Shown here in pieces: positions 37,546 to 47,213 of a stretch of DNA of 64,000 nt. Made by a program: the position numbers and the translations under genes. The notes below the pieces were generated by a model. It ran no database searches. It was not told the origin of the DNA and saw only the letters and a program-made list of their open reading frames with translations. The DNA is from Candidatus Merdiplasma excrementigallinarum (GTDB lineage Bacteria; Bacillota; Clostridia; Lachnospirales; Lachnospiraceae), in assembly GCA_018713435.1 (NCBI GenBank), contig DVOS01000057.1:2450-66449 (forward strand), given 5' to 3'. Every line of letters starts with the position of its first letter. The stretch's first letter is position 1.

Positions 37546-39345
37546 TCAGGAAGCCTTTTCAAACTGACTGTTGTACAGATCCGCATAGAATCCGCCTTCT
37601 GCCAGAAGCTGTTCATGAGTTCCCTGCTCAATAATATCCCCGTCCTTCAGCACCAGAATCAGATCCGCGTTTTTAATGGTAGACAGCCTGTGGGCGATCA
37701 CAAAGCTGGTGCGGTGCTGTGTCAGCTGGTCCATGGCTTTCTGGGTGATCAGCTCTGTCCGGGTATCCACCGAGGAAGTGGCTTCATCCAGGATCAGCAT
37801 GGGGTTGTTCTGCACCATGGCCCTGGCAATGGTAAGCAGCTGCTTCTGGCCGGCGGAAACCGCCACGCTGCTGTCAAGAACCGTGTCAAAGCCCTGGGGC
37901 AGCGTCTCAATGAAGTGGTAGATGCCGCAGGCCCGGCAGGCCTTCTCCAGCTCTTCATCTGTGACGCCCGTCCGGTTGTAGACCAGGTTTTCCCGGACCG
38001 TCCCTTCAAACAGCCAGGTATCCTGCAGTACCATGCTGAAAAGATTGTGCACGCTCTCCCGGGTCATGTCCGATGTGGGGATGCCGTCAATCCGGATACA
38101 GCCCCTGTTGATCTCAAAAAACCGCATCAGCAGGTTGACCATCGTAGTTTTGCCCGCTCCCGTGGGGCCCACAATCGCCACCTTCTGCCCCGGCTGAATA
38201 TGGGCGGAAAAATCCCGGATAATGATTTTATCCGGGGTATCCGGATAGCTGAAGCGGACGTGCTCAAATTCCACCTCTCCCCTGATGTTCTCCGGGGCGC
38301 TGTTCTTTCCGGTTTCATCCGGCATTTCCTCCTCATGGAGGAAATCAAAGATATGGTCCCCGGCAGCCGCCGCCGTCTGCATCTGGGTCATACCCTGGGC
38401 CAGGGTGCTCAAAGGCGAAGTAAACAGCCGTACATACATAATAAAGGCTACAATCACGCCAAAGGAAATAGCTCCGTTCATAGCCAGGGCGGAGCCCAGA
38501 ACGCACACCGCCACATACCCCAGGTTTCCCACGATATTCATAAGAGGCTGCATAATGCCGGACAGGAACTGGCTGCGCCACTCCGTCTGATACAGGGCGG
38601 CATTCATCTCCCGGAACGATTTTTTAATCTTCCGGTCAGCCCTGGAGAGCCGGACCACGTCATGGCCCGAATACATCTCTTCAATATAGCCGTTCAGCGT
38701 ACTTAAGTTCTGCTGCCGGGCAATAAAGTATTTCTGGGAATGAAGCATGACTCCTCCCATGATCAGAAAGCCCAGAACGGTCACCGCCACTGCCGCCAGC
38801 GCCATGCGCCATTCTGTCACAAACATCATCACCAGACAGCCCGCGAACTGCACCGACGCGCTGATCATGGAGGGCATACTGTTGGCCAGCGCCTGCTGCA
38901 GCGTACTCACGTCATTGGTTACACGGCTGAGGATATCGCCGTAGGAGACCCGGCTGAAATAGCTCATAGGCACCCGGTTTATCTTCCGGGAGAGATCCTG
39001 CCTCATAGCAAAAGACAGCTTCAGCGTCACCGTGGCCATGATAAAATGCTCCACATAGGTAAACACCGCACTGAAGCCGTATACCGCCAGCAGCAGGGCG
39101 CCCACCCGGCCGATGGCTCCCATATCAATCCGGCCTGTCAGTCCGTCTGAAATCAAATCCGTAATCCTGCTTAAAAGATCCGGGCCGATAATGGTCAGCA
39201 CGGCGCCGCAGGCGGCAAAAAGCAGGGCTGCCGCTGTGGGAAGCTTCATACTGTCGGAATAGGAAAATATTTCTCTCAGGACCCCCAGGATCCCTCTTTT
39301 GCTCTTTTCCGGTACCCGGGGACCTCTCTGTATCAATCTGCTCAT
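37546..39345 (-). CDS. ABC exporter, fused permease/ATPase (MsbA/multidrug type), subunit 2 of a heterodimer
   Basis: 599 aa. Six-TM N-terminal half, Walker A GPTGAGKTT, signature VSAGQKQLL. Confidence 0.88.
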   Translation of the reverse strand: MSRLIQRGPRVPEKSKRGILGVLREIFSYSDSMKLPTAAALLFAACGAVLTIIGPDLLSRITDLISDGLTGRIDMGAIGRVGALLLAVYGFSAVFTYVEHFIMATVTLKLSFAMRQDLSRKINRVPMSYFSRVSYGDILSRVTNDVSTLQQALANSMPSMISASVQFAGCLVMMFVTEWRMALAAVAVTVLGFLIMGGVMLHSQKYFIARQQNLSTLNGYIEEMYSGHDVVRLSRADRKIKKSFREMNAALYQTEWRSQFLSGIMQPLMNIVGNLGYVAVCVLGSALAMNGAISFGVIVAFIMYVRLFTSPLSTLAQGMTQMQTAAAAGDHIFDFLHEEEMPDETGKNSAPENIRGEVEFEHVRFSYPDTPDKIIIRDFSAHIQPGQKVAIVGPTGAGKTTMVNLLMRFFEINRGCIRIDGIPTSDMTRESVHNLFSMVLQDTWLFEGTVRENLVYNRTGVTDEELEKACRACGIYHFIETLPQGFDTVLDSSVAVSAGQKQLLTIARAMVQNNPMLILDEATSSVDTRTELITQKAMDQLTQHRTSFVIAHRLSTIKNADLILVLKDGDIIEQGTHEQLLAEGGFYADLYNSQFEKAS

Positions 39346-39361
39346 CTTCTGCCGCCCTCCT

Positions 39362-41128
39362 TTACGCGCCCAGTTCCTCAGCGGAAAGCTGGGATCTGGC
39401 TATCTCCTGATAAACCGGACAGGTTTTCATCAGCTCCTGGTGGGTTCCCATTCCCACCATGCGCCCCTCGTCCAGCACAATAATCTTATCCGCGTCCCGG
39501 ATCGTACCGATCCGCTGCGCTACAATCAGTCTCGTGGTATCTTTCAGCTCCCTGGAAAGTCCTGCCCGCAGTCTGGCGTCTGTCCGGTAATCCAGGGCGG
39601 AAAACGAATCGTCAAAAATCAGTATTTCCGCTTTTCTGGCCAGCGCTCTGGCAATGGAGACCCTCTGTTTCTGACCGCCGGACAGGTTGGTGCCGCCCTC
39701 TGCCACCGGCGCGTGAATCCCTTTGGGCAGCTTGTTCACAAACTCACCGGCCTGGGCCAGCTCCAGGGCCTGCCGCACCTCTCCATCGGTGTCTCCTCCC
39801 CTGCTTTCGCCAAACAGCACGTTTTCCCGGATATCTCCGGAGAACAGAACCGCTCTCTGCGTCACATAGCCGATGCGGTTATACAGTCCGTCAAAGCTGT
39901 ATTGCTTTACATTGACTCCGTCCACCAGCACTTCGCCCCGGGTTGCGTCATAGAACCGGGCTGCCAGCCCTGCCAGCGTACTTTTTCCGCTTCCGGTAGC
40001 CCCGATAAAAGCCACCGTCTCCCCCTGCTTCACCTGAAAGCTGATATCCTCCAGCACATCTTTGCCGGAGGAAGGATAGTGAAAGGAAACGTGGCGAAAC
40101 TCCAGCGTTCCCCGCTCCGGGGCGTCCGTCCGGCAGCCTTCTTTCAGCTCTGCTTCGGTTTCCAGCACTTCATTAATACGCTGGGCGGACACCTGGGCTG
40201 CCGGCATCAGCATAATAATCATCACCAGCATCATAATCGTCATCACCACATAGGTGGCATAGGTTCCAAATACAACAATGTTGCTGAAAGAAGCCAGGCG
40301 GCCTGCCATGTCCGCGGCAGGCACATTTTTTACAATCGCGGCGCCTACCCAGTAAATCACCAGGGACAGGGCGTTCATGGCAAATGTAACGCCGGGCATC
40401 AGGAACGCGAAAGCCCGCTGGTTAAAGAGCTGGGTACGCATCAGTTCCAGGCTCCCCTTCTGGAATTTTTCATTCTGGTACTCTTCCGCGTTATAGGCGT
40501 GCACCACATTGATTCCGTTCAGGTTTTCCCGGGCCACCAGGTTGATATGGTCCGTCAGCTTCTGCACCCGTCTGAACCGGGGCACCACAACGCCGATAAT
40601 CACCAGCATCATGGCCAGCAGAGCTGCCACAAAGCCTGCCGTGATGGCGGAAAGAGTCCAGCTTTTATTTACGATCTTGATAATCGCCCACACCGCCATA
40701 ACCGGCGCTTTTATCATAATCTGCAGTCCCATGGACACCAGCATCTGCACCTGCGTAATGTCATTGGTGGTCCGGTTAATCAGGCTGGGAACCGAAAACG
40801 CCATCATTTCCTGCTGTCCGAAATCCGCGATCCGGTTAAACACTCTTTCCCGGATGGTATAACTGAAGCCGGAGGCAACCCTGGCCGTCAGATAGCCGCA
40901 CAGGACGCTTAAAACGGCGCTTGCCAGGGTACAGCCCAGCATCTGCCCGCCGGTAAAAAGGATATCCCCCATAGTGCTTCCCGGGGTTTTAATCAGTACC
41001 GTCAGGCTGCTCATATAATCAGGCAGAGACAGATCAAAATAAATCTGTCCCAAAATAAAAATGGTACAGACAGCGGCCATTGTCCATTCCCGCCGCCCCA
41101 TATTGCGCAGTAATTTCAGCATATTCAA
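39362..41128 (-). CDS. ABC exporter, fused permease/ATPase, subunit 1 of a heterodimer
   Basis: 588 aa. Walker A GATGSGKST, signature LSGGQKQRV. Confidence 0.88.
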   Translation of the reverse strand: MNMLKLLRNMGRREWTMAAVCTIFILGQIYFDLSLPDYMSSLTVLIKTPGSTMGDILFTGGQMLGCTLASAVLSVLCGYLTARVASGFSYTIRERVFNRIADFGQQEMMAFSVPSLINRTTNDITQVQMLVSMGLQIMIKAPVMAVWAIIKIVNKSWTLSAITAGFVAALLAMMLVIIGVVVPRFRRVQKLTDHINLVARENLNGINVVHAYNAEEYQNEKFQKGSLELMRTQLFNQRAFAFLMPGVTFAMNALSLVIYWVGAAIVKNVPAADMAGRLASFSNIVVFGTYATYVVMTIMMLVMIIMLMPAAQVSAQRINEVLETEAELKEGCRTDAPERGTLEFRHVSFHYPSSGKDVLEDISFQVKQGETVAFIGATGSGKSTLAGLAARFYDATRGEVLVDGVNVKQYSFDGLYNRIGYVTQRAVLFSGDIRENVLFGESRGGDTDGEVRQALELAQAGEFVNKLPKGIHAPVAEGGTNLSGGQKQRVSIARALARKAEILIFDDSFSALDYRTDARLRAGLSRELKDTTRLIVAQRIGTIRDADKIIVLDEGRMVGMGTHQELMKTCPVYQEIARSQLSAEELGA

Positions 41129-41151
41129 GTCTCCTTACATCTGTTTTTCTG

Positions 41152-41772
41152 TTATTGCTGCCGGAATACTCCGAAAAAGACCATGTCCAGCAGTTCTCCC
41201 GCATTCTCCAGCATGGCGTGAAGATCATGGTCTGTTTCTTTTTCCAGATAGGTCTGCATGGCATTCTGAAAAAATCCCCCTATGCTTTCCAGATAGCAGG
41301 CTGCCTTCTCCGGTTTCAGGCCGGGGCGCAGAGGAATGCCGGAAAGCAGCTTTTCCATAAACTGCCGGTTCAGTTCCCTGAGAGGCGCGTGCAGCTGCCG
41401 TATCTGCTCGGTCAGGTGCCGGGGAGGACGGAGCATGGCGTTTTCAAATACCCGCTTCTGTCTGGGGTGAAGCTGGAAATAATCCTCCCGGATCATAAAA
41501 TACTTTCGCAGCGCCTCCAGCGTATTTCCTTCCTCCTGACCAGACGCCGTCTCCTCAATGTACGCCTGCAGATCCCTGAATGTTCTGTCCACACAGAGCA
41601 GAAACAGGTCGTCCTTCCGGGAAAAATAATGGTACATCATTCCCTTGGAAATGCCGTGTCTGCCGCAGATCCCTTCCATATTCACACCGTCGTATCCGTA
41701 GGTGCCAAATTCCTGCAGCGCCGCCTGGTAAATCATTTCCCTGCTGCGCTCCTGTCTTTCTTTCTGGGTCAT
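41152..41772 (-). CDS. TetR/AcrR-family transcriptional regulator of the exporter operon
   Basis: 206 aa. N-terminal HTH (ICGRHGISKGMMYHYFSRKDDL). Confidence 0.88.
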   Translation of the reverse strand: MTQKERQERSREMIYQAALQEFGTYGYDGVNMEGICGRHGISKGMMYHYFSRKDDLFLLCVDRTFRDLQAYIEETASGQEEGNTLEALRKYFMIREDYFQLHPRQKRVFENAMLRPPRHLTEQIRQLHAPLRELNRQFMEKLLSGIPLRPGLKPEKAACYLESIGGFFQNAMQTYLEKETDHDLHAMLENAGELLDMVFFGVFRQQ

Positions 41773-41805
41773 GCGCCTCTTCTCCTTTTATCCGCCCTCA
41801 TTTAT

Positions 41806-41857
41806 AGACGATTCCGTCTGCATTTCAGGAGTGTACCACTTTCAGACGAAATCGTCT
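41806..41857. promoter_or_regulatory. Two palindromic operator-like sites upstream of the TetR-exporter operon
   Basis: AGACGATTCCGTCT at 41806..41819 and AGACGAAATCGTCT at 41844..41857. Each is an AGACG-n4-CGTCT palindrome. Centres are 38 bp apart. Confidence 0.5.
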
Positions 41858-41950
41858 ATATTTATTTTGTGAAAAATTTATGAAATCGAATACGCGCTTC
41901 TGTGCCGTATCCCCGTGCCCGCAAAAAAGGTTCCGGAAAATCTCCCGGTA

Positions 41951-42394
41951 TCAGCCGGACCATTCTCCAGAACCTTTTCTTGCTTCTAAGTCAAATACCC
42001 CTTGGTATGTATCTTGTATTTCGCCTGTATGACTTTGCTTCCCACATTGAACAATATGATTCATGAGCAGATAGGAAAGTCCGGCATGATAAAGCAGGCC
42101 GATTTCTTCTCTCATACTCAAAAAATGGAAAAACATCTCTGAAATTACATGAGGGTAGCGATCTGGGCAAACAATAAATTGGTTCCACCATTCAGAAGTT
42201 CTCTGTTCAAGAAATTGACTGATGATTTCCTCGATACTTTGATAATTTCGATAAAATGAATTGCGGCTGACGCCAGCTTCCCGTACTATATCAGTCACTG
42301 TGATTTCATGGTATGGTTTTCTTTTCATCAACCGAAAAAGAGATTGTGTGATACACTCACAAACAAATATATTGACCGGGTGAGTTCGTTCCAT
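41951..42394 (-). CDS. Short TetR-family protein (HTH intact, ligand domain apparently truncated)
   Basis: 147 aa, against about 190-210 typical. ITVTDIVREAGVSRNSFYRNYQSIEEI HTH. AT-richer than the flanking genes. Confidence 0.65.
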   Translation of the reverse strand: MERTHPVNIFVCECITQSLFRLMKRKPYHEITVTDIVREAGVSRNSFYRNYQSIEEIISQFLEQRTSEWWNQFIVCPDRYPHVISEMFFHFLSMREEIGLLYHAGLSYLLMNHIVQCGKQSHTGEIQDTYQGVFDLEARKGSGEWSG

Positions 42395-42560
42395 CTATTC
42401 ACCTCCAAATTACTCACTGTAACAAGTGTACCAGATATGCTGTCAGAGTACAATATCTGCAAGCCGCACTGGTACAAAACACGGTAAATTGCTCCACAGT
42501 TGCAGAAGCAGAATATCCAGACGCCCAATACGCCTACCCGTCCAACATTCAAGGCAAAGA

Positions 42561-42611
42561 AAACCGCCTGTCCTACAGATCGACTGGCTCGGCCGTAGGG
42601 ACAGGCGGTTT
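42561..42611 (-). terminator. Rho-independent terminator downstream of the PK-like gene
   Basis: The aaaccgcctgtcc...ggacaggcggttt stem is followed, on the minus strand, by TTTTCTTTG. Confidence 0.6.
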
Positions 42612-42766
42612 GAATTTCCTGATTGCTTACGCACTGCTGATTTTGTGTCATTCTTTATTCAAGGTTGTCATTATAGTTCCTTCAGACTTATCCACAAGTT
42701 CCGCAATAAAATACGGCTTCCGATTTATCCTCCACAATCACTGTCTTCCTATCCATCCCTGCTCTA

Positions 42767-43798
42767 TCAGTCATAATAACTATTAAATCTACTTTCAAAA
42801 TAATCTTTGGCACGATTAATCATTTCTACACACTCAAATGGGTACTTACTATTCCCGGTTTCTTGAGAGAGCATAATGTAATCCGCCTGCTCTTTAATAA
42901 TCAAATATAAATCAGCGATTTCTGCCTTTGAACAAAATTTGGAGTTGGCAAATTGAGTAAATATACCTGTAGCGACACATGAAACTAAGCCTTCAGCATT
43001 ACATTTTTTTACAATAATATTTTGCAAATCAGGAAGTTCATAAGGCGTAATACTTGACATTAGGTCTCCCCGAGCAACCATAATACCTTCCACCCACTTC
43101 ATTATATCGTCTAAATTTTTTATACCATTTTTACTCTCGATTTTAGCCATTAACTTTATATTATTATTTCCCCATACCTCACTACATATATTTCTAACTT
43201 CTTCCATCTGATAGTCCTGTTCAACAAACGACACTGCAATCCATTCAGGAATTAAACCTAATTTGCACATTTTTTTCAAATAAAATATGTCCTCGTCCTC
43301 CAAGCTATCATAAACAATTCTACTATCTGGAAATAGCGATGAGCTCATTTTCTTTATTGTTGTCTCAGCTTGTATACATTCACATAGTATATAACCTGAG
43401 TTTATATTCTTAATTTCAAAAACAACTTGCCCATCCCTAAACGTTATCCTCTCACCTTTATTTAAGCTTGGAATAAATTGCGATAGATGAGGCAGCGGGA
43501 TGCATTTATTATCATATGAACTTATTCTATCTTCAATTCTCACTTTATCACCGATTTGATATTTTATCTCCTTCATATCACCCACTCTCATCCTCGATGA
43601 AGGCAAATCCAAAATAACTTCTAGTTTTTTTCCAATTTTTTCCTACGCCAGCCTAACATTCATAAAGTAAGAACAAAAATCCCTTTGTCTCAAGCCCATA
43701 TGTACTCTGTACATATCAACATTTTCACTTGCTAATTTTACAATATGTTTAACTTCACAAAGAGTAGGGCCTAATGTTGCCATTATTTTAGTGCTCAT
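42767..43798 (-). pseudogene. Divergent pyruvate-kinase-like gene (A plus B domains only) interrupted by one in-frame TAG
   Basis: The ATG at 43798 (GGAGAA upstream) opens MSTKIMATLGPTL...VDMYRVHMG...RLA. A TAG stop lies at 43643..43645. The same frame continues as EKIGKKLEVILDLPSSRMR into the track ORF 42767..43612. PK-like motifs: IKLMAKIESKNGIKNLDDI, GIMVARGDL, MLSQETGNSKYP. Confidence 0.7.
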
Positions 43799-43910
43799 CA
43801 GTTTTCTCCTTTTTTATTATACCATCTCTTCCTAACTATTACATAAATCTGTCCTCTAATCCTCTAATTTATATATTTTGGTCTCCAATCTTTTTTTGCC
43901 TTTCCTATAG

Positions 43911-43960
43911 AACGAGGGTGCTGCTTCATCATGAAATTTATGATGAAGCAACACCCCCTT
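43911..43960. repeat. Palindromic intergenic repeat, copy 3; probable terminator of the DUF3298/YARHG gene
   Basis: aacgagggtgctgcttcatcat gaaattt atgatgaagcaacaccc. The first 25 nt are identical to copy 1. Confidence 0.7.
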
Positions 43961-44133
43961 TCTACCATAGATGTGAGAGAATGTTACAAAAAAGAGTCCA
44001 TATGCTTCCGGGGCATCCAGGTGTACACATGTCCGAGACAGATGTTCCGCGGCAGGCGGAATATTCCGTTTGCTGCGGACAGATGTCGATAGGACAAAGT
44101 GAACACCGGATGCCCCGGAAGCAATGAAATCTT

Positions 44134-45318
44134 TCAGTAGTAGCACCCGTTCTCCTGCTGCCACTGGCAGATGATATCCACATTCTCCAGTTCCAGCTCC
44201 GTAATATAGGTGTAGAGCATCTCCGTGGAGGATGTGCTGGGGCAGTAGGGCTTGGCAGCCTCATACCAGTCTTTTCCCTCAAATTTCTGATAGGCCTCCA
44301 GCGCCGAACCGCCTAAAGATGGGTCGAATACATAGCCGTATCTGGCCAGAATTTCATTGATAGCCAGCTGGGACTTATAATGCCGTTCCTCCACTGTATC
44401 GGCCTGCAGCACAGTCAGATCGCTATCTGTGATCAGCCTCTGGCTGCTGAAGGGGAAGATAAAGTCGGAGGCCGGGGCGCTGATGCCCCCGATCACCGTA
44501 ACCGTCTCTTGGCCGGCCGCCGTACTTTCCTGGGAGCCGTCTCCCCCCACCGTATCCAGCGAACCGTCTCCCAGGCTCTCCCAGCCCGGGGAGGTTCCCT
44601 GCTGCACAGACTGCAGGATCTCCGGCGTCACCACCGCTTCCTGCTGGCCTGCCGCGTAGGAGGCAATGACATAGGGAGGAATATTGACGTGCATTCCGTC
44701 TGATTCCATCCAGAAGTCCATGGTCTCTGTACCGAAATTGCTGCGAATGCTCTCCTCGCTGATATTTTCCACCTGCCCGATGATCTCCTGCCGGTAGGCT
44801 TCCACCACCGCTTCTTCAGCCGTACTCTCATCACAGCCCAGCAGCTGCCCCATGGTCATCTGCTGTCCGGTAGTCAGATCAAAGGAAGTACCGAAGGGCA
44901 TACTGTAGCCGTGAGCGCCGCCGGTATAGGTATAGGAAAACTGCTTCACGGAATATACCGTTCCCACCAGGTACACATTGTCCACCGTGGTTTCATAGGT
45001 AACGCTGTCCACCAGATCCGGCTGGTAATCCATGAGGGCTTCCCGGTCCTGGCTGGCGTAGGCAGCCTGCTCATCCCCGTCCGCAATGGCTTCGGTGTAA
45101 AAATAGGTGTTCACTGTCTGCAAAATCTCATCCGACACTCCGGAGACGGTCTCCAGCACCGGATATTCCACTGTCACCTGCGTATAGGGGTTATAAGAAT
45201 CCACCCGCACTCCTGCCGGCAGCGTCACAGGGGGCTCTGTCTGAGCCGCCCCTGCCTCCATGCCGGCCAGAAGCATCAGCAGCAGGCCTGCGCTTATTCC
45301 CCGGATTTTCTTCTTCAT
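44134..45318 (-). CDS. Secreted/lipoprotein-like protein with a DUF3298/DUF4163-type domain and a C-terminal YARHG domain
   Basis: Signal peptide MKKKIRGISAGLLLMLLAG. YTYTGGAHGY motif. C-terminal NEILARYGYVF (YARHG-type). Confidence 0.75.
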   Translation of the reverse strand: MKKKIRGISAGLLLMLLAGMEAGAAQTEPPVTLPAGVRVDSYNPYTQVTVEYPVLETVSGVSDEILQTVNTYFYTEAIADGDEQAAYASQDREALMDYQPDLVDSVTYETTVDNVYLVGTVYSVKQFSYTYTGGAHGYSMPFGTSFDLTTGQQMTMGQLLGCDESTAEEAVVEAYRQEIIGQVENISEESIRSNFGTETMDFWMESDGMHVNIPPYVIASYAAGQQEAVVTPEILQSVQQGTSPGWESLGDGSLDTVGGDGSQESTAAGQETVTVIGGISAPASDFIFPFSSQRLITDSDLTVLQADTVEERHYKSQLAINEILARYGYVFDPSLGGSALEAYQKFEGKDWYEAAKPYCPSTSSTEMLYTYITELELENVDIICQWQQENGCYY

Positions 45319-45355
45319 AGGCCTTCTCCTTTTTTCGAAGCGATACCGTTTCTCC

Positions 45356-46471
45356 TCAGATCTCGATCAGCTCGTACTGGTCGCTGCCAAGACCGATCTT
45401 CACCGCGTGCTCCACTGCGGATTTCCAGTTGGTATCCGGTCCCACCGTGGTAAAGTGGTCATGATGGTCATGGTTGGCCGCGATCTGATCCCCCAGCTGG
45501 CTGTTGACAACCGGCGTCTGGGCGTTTACGGCATCCACGCAGGCCAGATCCAGGGCTACCGGATCAAAGGAGGCAAACATACCCACATTGGGAATGATAG
45601 CCGCGTCATTCTCCGCATGGCAGTCACACTGGGGGGAGACGTCCACCACCAGATTAATATGGAAGTTGGGCCTTCCGTCACAGACTGCCTTGGCGTACTC
45701 CGCAATCTTGCAGTTTAAAATATCATTGGACTCATCGGAAGCCGACAGAACCGCGTCTTTCGGACAGACGCCGATACATCTGCCGCAGCCTACGCACTTG
45801 TCATGGTCGATGGAAGCCTTATGGTCTGTGATGGAAGGAGCGCCATGGGCGCAGATCTTGATACATCTGCCGCAGCCGATGCACAGTTCCTGATCCACAT
45901 GGGGTTTGCCCGCGCTGTGCATCTCCATCTTGCCGGCCCTGGAGCCTCCGCCCATTCCCAGATTTTTCAGGGCGCCGCCAAAGCCTGCGCACTCATGTCC
46001 CTTAAAGTGATTCAGGGAGATAACGATATCCGCATCCATCAGAGCCTGGCCGATTTTAGCCTCCTTTACGTATTCGCCCCCTTCCACGGGAACCAGCGCT
46101 TCATCCGTACCCTTAAGTCCGTCGGCAATGATCACATGGCAGCCGGTGGAGAAAGGTGAAAATCCGTTCTCATAGGCAGACTCCATATGATCCAGGGCAT
46201 TCTTTCTGCCGCCCACATACAGGGTGTTGCAGTCCGTCAGGAAGGGCTTTCCTCCCAGCTCCTTCACCACATCCGCCACCACTTTGGCATAGTTGGGGCG
46301 AAGATAGGCCAGATTGCCGGGTTCTCCAAAGTGGATCTTGATGGCCACAAAGTGATTCTCAAAGTTAATCTGGTCAATGCCTGCCGTCTTAATCAGCCTT
46401 CTCAGCTTGTGAGGCAGGGTCTCCCCGTTTCTGGTGCGCATGTCAGTAAAGTAAACCTTTGATTTTTCCAT
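45356..46471 (-). CDS. DUF362-family protein with a 2x[4Fe-4S] ferredoxin insert
   Basis: Start at MEKSKVYFTD (AAGGAGG upstream). CIGCGRCIKIC and CVGCGRCIGVCP clusters. Confidence 0.8.
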   Translation of the reverse strand: MEKSKVYFTDMRTRNGETLPHKLRRLIKTAGIDQINFENHFVAIKIHFGEPGNLAYLRPNYAKVVADVVKELGGKPFLTDCNTLYVGGRKNALDHMESAYENGFSPFSTGCHVIIADGLKGTDEALVPVEGGEYVKEAKIGQALMDADIVISLNHFKGHECAGFGGALKNLGMGGGSRAGKMEMHSAGKPHVDQELCIGCGRCIKICAHGAPSITDHKASIDHDKCVGCGRCIGVCPKDAVLSASDESNDILNCKIAEYAKAVCDGRPNFHINLVVDVSPQCDCHAENDAAIIPNVGMFASFDPVALDLACVDAVNAQTPVVNSQLGDQIAANHDHHDHFTTVGPDTNWKSAVEHAVKIGLGSDQYELIEI

Positions 46472-46543
46472 GTCTCTTTCCTCCTTAATATACAAAGCAG
46501 GTATCCCGTCCTTAACCGGGGTACCCGCCTCAGGTCCGTTTAT

Positions 46544-47158
46544 TTATTTCTCATGTTTGATCCGGATATACTGCTGGATCAGCTTTACGGCTCCGTCAAT
46601 TCCCAGGTCGCTGGTGTCCACCGCCAGATTGTAGCTGTCTACGGCTCCCCACTTTTTCTCCGTCTGGAAATTGTAGAAACTGGCCCGCTTTTTATCCGCC
46701 TTTATCACCATATCCCTGGCCTTGGCCTCCGTGATATGCTCAAACTCGGCCACCCGCTTGACTCTGAAATCCAGGGGCGCATGGACGAACACCGACGTCA
46801 GATCTTTGCAGTCCCGCAGGATATAATCGGCCCCCCGGCCTACAATCACGCAGGATTCCCTCTCGCCCAGCCGGCGGATGGCATCGTACTGAGCCTGATA
46901 GATCTGCTGATTCAGCGTGGTCCCCACATAGTTCATGGAAGGATACACATCCATCACAATGGAGTACAGCAGGCTGCTGGTAGGCTTTTCATCATAGTTT
47001 TCCAGCACTTTCTCGCAGATGCCGCTCTCCTCTGCCACCAGCTTTAACAGTTCCTTGTCATAAATCTTAAGTCCCAGTTCTTTCGCCAGCTTCCGGCCCA
47101 CCTGGTGGCCGCCGCTTCCGAACTGTCTGCCAATGGTAATGATCATATTTTCTGCCAT
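46544..47158 (-). CDS. Cytidylate-kinase-like family P-loop protein
   Basis: 204 aa. IITIGRQFGSGGHQVGRKLAKELG N-terminus, typical of this family. Confidence 0.75.
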   Translation of the reverse strand: MAENMIITIGRQFGSGGHQVGRKLAKELGLKIYDKELLKLVAEESGICEKVLENYDEKPTSSLLYSIVMDVYPSMNYVGTTLNQQIYQAQYDAIRRLGERESCVIVGRGADYILRDCKDLTSVFVHAPLDFRVKRVAEFEHITEAKARDMVIKADKKRASFYNFQTEKKWGAVDSYNLAVDTSDLGIDGAVKLIQQYIRIKHEK

Positions 47159-47213
47159 CCCGATCCCCCCTTTTGCCGTCTTTCTGACAGCAGTTTTTTA
47201 CGGTCTTATTATA

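Noticed and set aside
37501-40912. 401-aa and 537-aa plus-strand ORFs (37501..38706 and 39299..40912)
   Set aside because: Both are antisense to the two ABC exporter genes, which have canonical Walker and signature motifs.
42328-42776. 107-aa minus-strand and 116-aa plus-strand ORFs in the gap between the short TetR gene and the PK-like gene
   Set aside because: They overlap each other and a strong terminator hairpin. They have no RBS or recognisable motifs and an odd composition, so I treat the region as non-coding.
43643-43645. Programmed recoding of TAG as pyrrolysine in the PK-like gene
   Set aside because: No pyl genes are visible in the window. TAG is used as an ordinary stop elsewhere here, for example at the end of the enoate-reductase-like gene at 61763..61765. 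A pseudogene or sequencing error is more parsimonious.
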